DNA of 64,000 bases from Chiloscyllium plagiosum. Taxonomy: Eukaryota. Positions 37,801-47,715 of this stretch are shown here, piece after piece. Under the pieces are notes generated by a model that did no database searches, was not told the origin of the DNA, and saw only the letters and a program-made list of their open reading frames with translations. Both the position numbers and the translations under genes were made by a program. The DNA is taken from positions 12,723,872 through 12,787,871 of the forward strand of contig NC_057719.1 of NCBI RefSeq assembly GCF_004010195.1. The letters are read 5' to 3'. Each line of letters opens with the position of its first letter. The first letter of the stretch is position 1.

Positions 37801-40270
37801 CTTGACCGCGGGCCTGGTAATGGATTCAACCGGCTGGTGCATGTGTTCAGGCTTCTGTACCTTCTCCCCGATGGTAGAGGTTGTAGAAAAACATTGGGAT
37901 GGATCTTTGAGAATGCTGGTGGCCTTTCCTTGACCGCGGGCCTGGTAATGGATTCTTTAGATGGGAGGTTCGCCTTTGTGATTGTCCAGGCCGAGTTCAC
38001 CACTCTTTGTAACCATCTCTGATCTTGAATGGTACAATTGCCATACCAGGTAGTGATAGATCCATGCAGAATGCTCTCGATGGAGCACCTATAAAAGTTG
38101 GCAAGGGTATTAGCCGTCATGCCAAATTTTCTCAGCTGCCTGAGGAAGAAGAGATGTTGTTGGGCCTTTGTAACCAGTGTATTCACATGAAGAGTCCCAG
38201 AAAGCTTGTTGTGGATTACCACTCCCAAGAGCTTGACACTCTCCACTCATTCCACCTCTGTGCTGTTAATGTATAGGGGGGCATGAGTAACATCCTGCCA
38301 AAAGTCAATAATGATTTCCTTGGTTGCCAGCATTGAGAGCTAGGTTGTTCTCAGTGCACCATTTTTCCAGGTCTTCCACCTCCCGTCTGTAGTCTATTTC
38401 ATTGCATTCTGAGATTCAACCGACTATGGTGGTATCATCAGTGAACTTGTAAATGGCATTAGTCTGGTATTTGGCGACACAGTCATGGGTATACAGTGAG
38501 TACAGTAGGGGGCTGAGTAGGCATCCTCGGGGGCTCTAGTGTTGAGTGTTATTAGATGATGAAATATTGTCCCTAATCTTCACTGATCTTCCTGTGAGTC
38601 AGGAAAGTGAGGATCCAGTTGCAGAGAGTGGAGCTTAGTCTGAGATCACTAAGTTTAGTAATCAGTCTCGAGAGGATAATAGTGTTGAAGGCTGAACTGT
38701 AGTCAATGAGTAGGATTCTTACATAGTTGTTCTTGGTGTCAAGATGTTTTAGGGAGGAGTGAAGAGCAAGTAATATGGCATCTGACATGGATCTGTTGGT
38801 CTGATAGGCAAATTGGAGTGGGTCAAGAGTAGTGGGGAGGCTGGAGTTGATTAATGCCATGACCAGCCTTTCAAAGCACTTCATGACCACCGAAGTTAGA
38901 GCCACTGGGCGGTAGTCATTGAGACATGCTGCATTCAGCACAGGGATGATGTTGGCAGTCTTGGAACAGGCAGGTACAGTGGCCTGCTGCAGGAAGAGGT
39001 TGTGCATGCTCTGAGTGCACGGCCTGGTATCAGTAATAGGCAACATGGTTTTGTGCAGGGAAGGTCATGTCTTACCAAATTAGTAGAACTCTTTGAGGAA
39101 GTGACAAACTTTTGATGAGGAAAGGGGCTGTAGATGTCATATACAAGGACTTCAGTAAGGCATTTGATAAGGTTCACCATGGTAGGCTGATGGAGAAAGT
39201 GAAGTCGCATGGGGTCCAGGATGCACTAGCTATAATGATAGAGAACTGCTGGGCAACAAGATACAGAGAGTAGTAATGGAAGGGAGTTTCTCAAAATGGA
39301 GAACTGTGATCAGTGGTGTTCCACAGGGATCCGTGTTGGGACCACTGTTGTTTGTGATATACATAAATGATCTTGAGGAAGTGGTCTGATTAGCACGTTT
39401 TCAGATGACACTAAGATTGGTGGAGTAGCAGATAGTGAAGGGGACTGTCAGAGACTACGGAAGAATAGAGATAGATTGGAGAGTTGGGCAGAGAAATGGC
39501 AGATGGAGTTCAATCCGGGCAATTGCGAAGTGGTGCATTTTGGAAAGTCCAATTCAAGAGCAAACTATACAGTAAATGGAAAAGCCTGGGAAAATTTGAT
39601 GTACAAAGAGATCTGGGTGTTCAGCTCCATTGTACTAATGCAGGTCAATAGAGTGGTCAAGAAGGCATATGACATGCTTTCCTTCATCGGACAGGGTATT
39701 GAGTACAAGAGTTGGTAGATCATGTTACAGTTGTATAGGAATTTTGTTCGGCCATATTTGGAATGCTACGTACAGTTCTGGTCACCACATTACCAAAGGG
39801 ATGTGGATGCTTTGGAGAGAGTGCAGAGGAGGTTCACCAGGATGTTGCCTGGTATGGAGGGTGCTAGCTATGAAGAGAGGTTGAGTAGGTTAGGATTACT
39901 TTTATTAGAAAAATGGAGGTTGAGGGGGGACTTGATTGAGGTTTACAAAATCATGAGAAATATAGACAGGGTGGATAGCAAGAAGCTTTTTCCCAGAGTG
40001 GGGGATTCAATTATATGGGGTCACGAGTTCAAGATGAGAGAGGACAAGTTTAAGGGAGTTATGCATGGAACGTTCTTTACACAGCAGGTGGTGGGTGCCT
40101 GGAATGTGTTGCCAGTGGAGGTGGTAGATGCAGGCATGATAACACCATTTAAGATGTATCTAGACAGATACATGAATGGGCAGAGAGCAAGGGATGCAGA
40201 TCCTTAGAAAATAGGTGACAGGCTTGAAGGGCCGAAGGGCCTGTTCCTGTGCTGTAATTTTGTTTGTTCT
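34820..40270 (+). mobile_element. Near full-length decayed CR1 LINE (ORF1 esterase end, APE endonuclease, RT, 3' UTR) with three nested insertions
   Basis: DYFKLDGLHL (SGNH-type ORF1), LRCVCFNVRS...ETWL and GDFNFPNID (endonuclease), [48 protein letters not shown]. Inserts are a CR1 at 35611-36238, a CR1 tail at 37197-37319 and a Rex1-type element at 37468-39025. Confidence 0.85.
37468..39025 (-). mobile_element. Rex1/Babar-clade non-LTR retrotransposon, 5'-truncated
   Basis: CLNDYRPVALTSVVMKCFERLV...LDPLQFAY...YVRILLIDYSSAFNTI and KLLGV.I...KAQQHLFFLRQLRKFG...FYRCSIESIL...FLQPLPSGRRYRSL; (AATTCA)n-like tail at about 37470; internal tandem duplication at about 37690-37955. Confidence 0.85.
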
Positions 40271-42459
40271 TTATACCATGCTGTTCAATGGATTTTCATG
40301 ACCCCCTCAAACGTTATGCCAACCTATGGCCCTATACCCACCAAACATAGCTTTTATAAACCCATGCCAACTTCGTGCCAGGTCATGACAATACATGCCA
40401 CCTACCCATCACATTTTACCCTATTTCCTCTATGCCATCTCACCTAGCATCCAGACCTCAGGACACTTGCTAACATAAAATGAAGTTATGAATCTGTTGT
40501 TGACGTCATTATTTAAAAGAAAATATATCATTGATTAAAGTCAAAATTCCTTCAACTGATTTCTTATCGAAACAAACGTTTGCGTTCTTTGACAGATCCA
40601 GTTTTGTTTCCTACTTGCTCGTGGCCTTTGGGCACGGTTGTTGGGTTAATATGTATTGCCAATCCGTGATTGCCGCAGATCTGAGTGGCTTGCAATGGGC
40701 ATTTTATCAGCAGATCAGAGTCAACCACATTGCTGTGGGTCTGGAGTCACATAAGCCAGACCAGGTAAGGACAGCAGTCATCTTCTCTAAGGGGCATTAA
40801 TGAATTAGATGGGTTTTTATGACAATTGTCCATGTTGCATTTGGGACAAGCTTTTAATTCAGATTTTTTTGTAAGGAATCCCAATTTCACAGTCTACCGT
40901 GGTGCAGTTTAAACATGTCTCCAGAATATTGGTCTGGGATTCTGGATTACTAGTCCAACAATGTTGCCACTAGGCATTCCGCACTTACCATGAAAACTTC
41001 TTGTCTAATTTTCACAATCCTAAAGAGATTTGGGTCTGCACTGGGTTCCAAACAATGGGAATTATAAAATCCAATTTAAGTAGCCAGCTATCTCCAGAAA
41101 CCATGCATTTGTGAAGCCCAGCACTTCAGTAAATACACCCCTGCAACAATCAAAAATGATTCATGAGGGAGCTGGACTTTCAATGATCAGGGATTTTCGG
41201 AGAATTTTCTATCTTGTTAGGCATTGCATCATCAAAAAAACTTGTATATATTAAACTCAGCATGTTTTTCTAAGTCATGAACTTGTAAATATCCAACACT
41301 GATCTTAGTAGCACCTAAATGTTTACAGAAAGCCAACTTGTAAATGCCCCTTTTATCCTTTCCCTGATAATTTTCTGAGTGTCTTCTGAGCATCACCTTA
41401 GTAAGAAATTCCAGAGTTTTGCAATGATTAATGTTGCTGATTGATTTATGTTTTCTTGATTTCTCTCTCTCCTTTCTTTCTTGAATTGCAGTGTTGCATT
41501 TGCTCTAGTTCACCGTACATGTTCTACAGTCCACAGAGTTTTGGAAAATCTCAGTGAATGTGATCACTATCTCTGCAGTCACCTCGAGAACGTAAATCAC
41601 CAGCTCCAGGGAAAATGTTTTCAGTCTCATTAGTTCATCTCACACTGTTCCTCTACTGATATTAGTTAGTTAAAGTTCTTCACCCTCGTTCACCCTTGCT
41701 TTGTTTTGATTGGTGTGCACATTTTCCTGAGATGGGTGTTTTTTTTTAATGCCTCTGCCATTTCCTTCTTTCTCCTTACGAAATTTCCTTACACACTCTA
41801 AGGCACCGAGACTTACATTTGCTATTCGCTTTTGTAGAGACTCTGACAATTTGTTCTAATATTGCTGGGCTAGTTTCGTCTCAATCCTATCTTTCTCTTT
41901 TATATAATCCAGTTTGATTGTCCTTTATTGCTTTCCTAAATTCTAGCAAGCTTCAGGTTCAATCTGAGTATTTATTGTGTTACTTCATTAAAATTGTTGT
42001 TCGTATGACTATGTTAGTTGTATTAATCAATTTATTTACATTTTTTGTATATTCTCTCAGCACTGAGATCAAACCACTTCCTGCTGTCACTGTTATACCT
42101 GCCCCCTTTCTCACTGTTTAATCCCAGCGACCTCTCTTAATGCGTTATCCCAGCTTCCACTTTCACCATTTTATCTCAGCTCTGCTCCCTGCGAGCAAGC
42201 ATGTAGTTTCATGAATATATTTATGGCTGTGTCTGCTCATATGATTTGTGTATATTTGTTCGTTTGAGTGTGTGCATGCATGTGTGTGTGTGTGTGTGTG
42301 TGTGAGGGGGTAGGGAAGCGGGAGTGTTTTATGAGTAGGTGAGACCTTGTACATGTATCAGTGCATTCAGAACAATCAGTGAATGGGAATGGGTGGATCC
42401 AATGCTGGATGTGGGGTCTGGGGAAATCAAACTGTACCCCTTCCCCGGGGCAAAATGCA

Positions 42460-42514
42460 CTGGCAGGGGAGATACCGTGCTGCAAAAGATGGTTCTCCCT
42501 GGACGAGTCTGAGC
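42460..42514 (+). pseudogene. RNU1: U1 snRNA 5' fragment (about nt 9-63) forming the head of a Tx1-like element
   Basis: CTGGCAGGGGAGATACC-GTGCTGCAAAAGATGGTTCTCCCTGGACGAGTCTGAGC aligns without gaps to U1 CTGGCAGGGGAGATACC-ATGATCACGAAGGTGGTTTTCCCAGGGCGAGGCTTATC (42/55 by hand against recalled human U1; first 17 nt exact). It lacks the ATACTTAC 5' end, the Sm site and any evident PSE. Confidence 0.8.
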
Positions 42515-42543
42515 TAAGAACCTTCATCATCAGAAGATCTTTG

Positions 42544-42867
42544 TGGGCGGCACGGTGGCCCAGTGGTTAGCACTGCTGCCTCACAGTGCCTGTAGACCCG
42601 GGTTCAATTCCCGACTCAGGCGACTGACTGTGTGGAGTTTGCACATTCTCCCCGTGTCTGCGTGGGTTTCCTCCGGGTGCTCCGGTTTCCTCCCACAGTC
42701 CAAAAGATGTGCGGGTCAGGTGAATTGGCCATGCTAAATTGCCCGTAGTGTTAGGTTAAAGGGGTAAAGGTAGGGGTATGGGTGGGTTGCGCTTCGGTGG
42801 GTCGGTGTGGACTTGTTGGGCCGAAGGGCCTGTTTCCACACTGTAAGTAATCTAATCTAATCTAATC
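42544..42867 (+). mobile_element. HE1 SINE, full length, in the Tx1 5' UTR
   Basis: Consensus head, body and (TAATC)n tail. Confidence 0.9.
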
Positions 42868-42994
42868 TTGACATCATCACCAGATTGTGATTGCGAGTGG
42901 AAGCTGGTGGATCGTCAGTTGAGCTGAGCTGCAATTGGTGAACCGTTATGCTGGCTTCGGCCAAGGCCGATTCAGTGTCCAGCCAATCAGAGTG

Positions 42995-44290
42995 ATGGCC
43001 TCTGCTAGTGCCCACATCCCAGGCCAGGGGGGTCCGCAGTACAATCAGGGTGATGGTGAAGAAGCTGGAGGAAGGATCACTGATCAACCAAACCTCCTTG
43101 GTGAGGAGAGTCCTCCTAGATTGCTGCAGGTTCCCAGCAGCAGATATTTCCCAAAACTTCGATGTAACCTTCAGGAACGTGAAGCAATGTGAACATCTCC
43201 TGATGGTATTTGAGGAGAAAGGAGGTGAGGGTCTCCATCCTGTCTGTGGCACCATTATTTGTTCTCCCTGCACAGAGCAGCCGGGTTGTTACAAACCACA
43301 CAGACAACCCACACATCTCGGCAGCGAATGTCCTGATTTTCCAGGGAATAGGTTGAAGTAGGCAGCACTGATTAGTGGACCCTTTTGGAATCTGGACCAG
43401 CAAGCGCAGGTCATGGTGACCCTGAAGTTAGTGGGAGCATCTTCCACCCATGCTCCCGCTTCCCGATCAGAGAGAGCTAAGGCTGCCTGACTCTTGTGGG
43501 ATGGCCGAGAGTGTGTCAAACCTACGGGAGGGCCAGGCACAGGGCAGCGGGCTGTAACATGACCTTCTGCAGGTACTGCATATGGAAGGGCCACCTGATG
43601 AAGGGGTCCTAGAGCCGTATCCTGTGTGGGGAATAGGACCATCTGTATAAGGCCTGACCAAGGGGGGAGTGGGGAGCACATGCCAGAAGTGGCAACCTGA
43701 GCCATGGACACCATGTGGTGCCACCCTCCAGCAAGTAAACTGATACACAGAAAGAGGGACAGGCTGGAGAGGAGGAAAAAGTAGCACAACAATCGACTTC
43801 ACCTCCACCTGAATAAATGGAGTCGATGGAGGGGGTGGGGAGGAGCAAATGAAGGAGGCGGGGGAATGGATATCAGTGAGGAACAACCGGAAAAGGAAAT
43901 TGGAATGGATATCAGTGAGGAACAACCGGAAAAGGAAATTACATCTGCCCCATGGTCCCATGGAAAGAGGCAGCTGCACGAAGGACACACCAGCAGCTCC
44001 TTTGAGGATGAAGCCATGTGGAGGGATGGTCACCAACAGAAAATAAGACACAGCACCATAGGGAAGAAGGCGAGGAGCAACATCCCACAACCTGGAAATG
44101 TTGGGCATCCCAAGGGGCCCAGTGAAGCCGTCGAGAACAAGGTGGTCCCCGACACTGTTCCTGATCCATTCTCAGTCCCAGTCACTGTTCCAGCTCCTGA
44201 CCAGTGCCAGTCCCAGTCACTGTTCCTGATCCTGTTCCAGTGTCACTCCCAGCCATTGTTCCAGTTCCTGATCCAGTACCAGTTCCAGTC
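42995..44290 (+). pseudogene. Degenerate Tx1 ORF1 (ZCCHC3-like RRM + 3x CCHC zinc knuckle)
   Basis: MASASAHIPGQG/VRSTIRVMVKK...FDVTFRNVKQCEHLLMVFEEK, VDPFGIWTSK, then knuckles CQTYGRARHRAAGC, CRYCIWKGHLMKGS and RILCGE*DHLYKA* (43510-43660). These parallel ZCCHC3 FDVSFRS...VYEEK, DRFGIWTG and its three knuckles. Multiple frameshifts and stops. Confidence 0.75.
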
Positions 44291-44292
44291 AC

Positions 44293-44577
44293 TGGAGAAA
44301 CGTGCAGTGGTCTTTGTTGAGATTCACCCCAAGCAGCTCCATGACGCAGGATTCTGTGCTCTGGGGTCTATCCCCCGGGATGCACACTGAGACAAACATG
44401 AACTGTGACTGGAGGACAGTTTACTCAGTGAAAAATGCTCTTTGGTCTGCCTGAAACTTTTTGGTCTTCCAAAGCAAAGAATCGACCTAGAATAAGTGTT
44501 GCAGACTGGCACATGACTATGTGATGAGGGACACACTGAAGCTTGGGGCAGCAAAGTGCAGAAAGATCACTGTCTGA
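44293..44577 (+). pseudogene. Tx1 ORF2 extreme C-terminus remnant
   Basis: One frame reads WRNVQWSLLRFTPSSSMTQDSVLWGLSPGMHTETNMNCDWRTVYSVKNALWSA*NFLVFQSKEST*NKCCRLAHDYVMRDTLKLGAA; the W...LW..RN..VF pattern is that of the L1/Tx1 post-CCHC tail. Confidence 0.7.
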
Positions 44578-44705
44578 TGCCTTTCTCTTGAAGTTAAATG
44601 GGCGTCCGTACAGTTATCAGACCATCCTGGAGCTTCAGATATGTAAATATAATTTGGTACAAGTAAAAAATTCCTTTGGTTTGTTGGATGGACTCAAGCT
44701 CCAAT

Positions 44706-46165
44706 AGGTTCCCCATGGGAGACTGATTAGTAAGGTTAGATCTCATGGAATTCAGAGAGAACTAGCCATTTCGATACAGAACTGGCTCAAAGGTAGAAGA
44801 CAGAGGGTGGTAGTGGAGGCTTGTTTTTCGGACTGGAGGTCTGTGACCAGTGGAGTGCCACAAGGATCAGTGCTAGGTCCTCTACTTTTTGTCATTTACA
44901 TAAATGATTTGGGTGCGAGCATAAGAGATACAGTTTGTAAGTTTGCAGATGACACCAAAATTGGAGGTGTGGTGGACAGCGAAGAGGGTTACCTCAGATT
45001 ACAACAGAATCTTGACCAGACGGGCTGAGAAGTAGCAGATGGAGTTTGATTCAGATAAATGCGAGGTGCTGCATTTTGGGAAAGCAAATCTTAGCAGGAT
45101 TTATACACTTAATGGTAAGGTCCTAGGGAGTGTTGCTGAACAAAGAGACCTTGAAGTGTAGTTTCATAGCTCCTTTAAAGTGGAGTCACAGGTAGATAGG
45201 ATAGTGAAGAAGGCGTTTGGTATGCTTTCCTTTATTGGTCAGCGTATTGAGTACAGGAGTTGGGAGGTCATATTGCGGCTGTACAGGACATTGGTTAGGC
45301 CACTGTTGGAATATTGCATGCAATTCTGGTCTCCTTCCTATCGAAAAGATGTTGTGAAACTTGAACAGGTTCAGAAAAGATTTACAAGAATGTTGCCAGG
45401 GTTGGAGGATTTGAGCTACAGGGAGAGGCTGAACAGGCTGAAGATGTTTTCCCTGGAGCGTCGGAAGCTGAGGGGTGACCTTATAGAGGTTTATAAAATT
45501 ATGAGGGGCATGGATAGGGTAAATATGCAAAGTCCCTGGTGTGGGGGAGTCCAGAACTAGAGGGCATAGGTTTAGGGTGAGAGGGGAAAGACCTGAAGGG
45601 CAACTTTTTCACACAGAGGGTTTTTAGATTAGATTAGATTACTTACAGGGTGGAAACAGGCCCTTCGGCCCAACAAGTCCACACCACCCCACCGAAGCGC
45701 TACCCACCCATACCCCTACATTTACCCCTTACCTAACACTATGGGCAATTTAGCATGGCCAATTCACCTGACCTGTACATTTTTGGACTGTGGGGGGAAA
45801 CCGGAGCACCCGGAGGAAACCCACGCAGACACGGGGAGAACGTGCAAACTCCACACAGTCAGTCACCTGAGGCGGGAATTGAACCCGGGTCTCTGGCGCT
45901 GTGAGGCAGTAGTGCTAACCACTGTGCCACCATGCCGCCCACTAAGGGATGGTACGGGTATGGAATGAGCTGCCAGAGGAAGTGGTGGAGGCTGGTACAA
46001 TTGCAACATTTAAGAAGCATTTGGTTGGGTATATGAATAGGAAGGGATTGGAGGGATATGGGCCAGGTGCTGGCAGGTGGGACTAGATTGGGTTGGGATA
46101 TCTGGTTGGCATGGACAGGTTGGATCGAAGGGTTTGTTTCCATGCAGTACATCTCTATGACTCTA
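44706..46165 (+). mobile_element. CR1/HER1 LINE, 5'-truncated, inserted in the Tx1 3' UTR
   Basis: [20 protein letters not shown]...KFADDTKIGG and LYRTLVRPLLEYCMQFWSP; ATGACTCT tail. Confidence 0.9.
45624..45941 (-). mobile_element. HE1 SINE nested in CR1
   Basis: Reverse complement of the HE1 consensus; the CR1 resumes after it. Confidence 0.9.
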
Positions 46166-47619
46166 TTTGTTTGTTTCTTATGCTATTGTACAGAACCAAA
46201 CTGCTTCAGTGACTATATATACATATATGTATGGATATAAAGATATTTTTATGAATAAAGTATAATATTGAAATTAAAAAATTGCACTGCGTGGACTCCC
46301 ACCTCCCCAGAGGATTTCCGGTTTCTTTTCTATAAATGAAGATCAGGGATGCCGGGGTTACCACCCTCTCTAGTGTATTCCCTTTTCCATTCTCACTTAT
46401 TCACCCATACCCTGGCTTCCAGCTCCTCCCGTCCCAGGGCGAAGCGCTAGATGTGGATCGCTCAGCCCTAATCGACCCCCACCCTAGGGATGATTCTACG
46501 TGTACATGAATCGCCACGGGCGTTGATGTTGGAGGGCTTGTGGACGTATTTTTGTTAAATACACAGAGAACACTGGAGAAACACAACAGGTGTGACCGCA
46601 TTTGTGGAGAGCGAGCTAAAGACCAGGATGACTTCTTCTGCTGAAGAAACGTTAATTCTGTTTCTCTCTCCACAGATGCTGCTGGACTTCCAGCAATTTC
46701 TGTTTTTATTTCCCATTTCCAGTACCTGCAGTATTTTACCTTTACTTGTATGTATATGTGTGCGTGAGAAGGAGTGTATGCATTTGTGCAAGTGAGCGTA
46801 TCTATGTGGGCGTGTGTAAGTGTAAACACGTGCATGTATACGGTATTGGGAGACTGTTGTGGACACATTGGCACTCAGTAGTGTGGGACAGTTGCTGTGA
46901 CATGCCTGAAGGTTATCTAATGATATCCTGGGGGCACCTGGTGCCCACCTATTTGCAGCGACAGTACCATTTACGCCCTGCATGCTGCCTTCACATCACC
47001 TTCGAACTATAACAACCATCTTTCTCTCTCTAGCTCGTTTTGTTGTTTATTTCTCTCGTCCTCTCTTCCTCCCCCCTTGCATGTTGGCTTGCTTTCATTT
47101 CCCAAGTATTTTTGTTTCAGCCTGATCTCCCTGGTCGCCTCCAACTGTCCGTGTTGAAAGGCCAGTCTATTCTGACGTTCTTTTCCTCACTTTTAATCTT
47201 AAAAAGACATCTCTGTTTCTATCTCATTTTCGACCTGCCTTCCCTAAAATTTGCTGTGCTATTGCTTTTTAAAATCCGAGATAGCTGAACGAGCAATGCC
47301 CTTTCCTCAATGCCCCATTCCCCTTTTCCTTTCAACTTCGCCGGCGCCAGGAAAAATCGACATTAACAAAACATCAACGACACGGTGTTGTGCTACCAAT
47401 TTAGTCACCAACGATGTTAGTGGGGATGGAGGGGACGGAAGATTATATCAAAATGACTGATTAGCGGGGATTACTATTATATAACTTGCCGAACGGAGCG
47501 TTCCCTTTATTTGGTGTAATCTTTCCCATTCCGGTATCATGGTCTTGGAAGAAAATTACTCACCACATGACAGGAGTGTACTACCCGTCACTTCATCCCC
47601 ATCTCTTTTTTTCCCCCTT

Positions 47620-47715
47620 TTTAACGTTTCGTGTTTCTCTCTCTCTCTCTGTTCCTGTCATCTTTTAACGTTTCGTGTTTCTCTCTCTCTCTCTCTCTCT
47701 CTGTTCCTGTCATCT
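47620..47715. repeat. Tandem duplication with CT microsatellite
   Basis: TTTAACGTTTCGTGTTT(CT)nGTTCCTGTCATCT occurs twice. Confidence 0.85.

Larger units (their letters stand above)
42460..46280 (+). mobile_element. Internally deleted Tx1-clade (L1 superfamily) non-LTR retrotransposon with U1-derived head; interrupted by HE1 SINE and CR1
   Basis: 5' UTR; ORF1 from ATG 42995; ORF2 C-terminus 44293-44577; 3' UTR split by a CR1; AATAAA at 46254-46259; A-tail at 46271-46280; possible TSD TGCACTG (42456-42462 / 46283-46289). Confidence 0.75.

Noticed and set aside
1..42000. Exons of the expected upstream neighbour LIN52
   Set aside because: No segment encoding recognisable LIN52 peptide was found by eye; TBLASTN would be needed to exclude it.
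42452..42620. Functional U1 snRNA gene
   Set aside because: Only about 55 nt match. The 5' splice-site-pairing end ATACTTAC, Sm site, stem-loop IV and a PSE are not seen.
42995..43700. Functional host ZCCHC3 gene
   Set aside because: Frameshifts, stops, mutated zinc ligands, and an attached ORF2 tail and poly(A) mark it as a dead retroelement ORF1.
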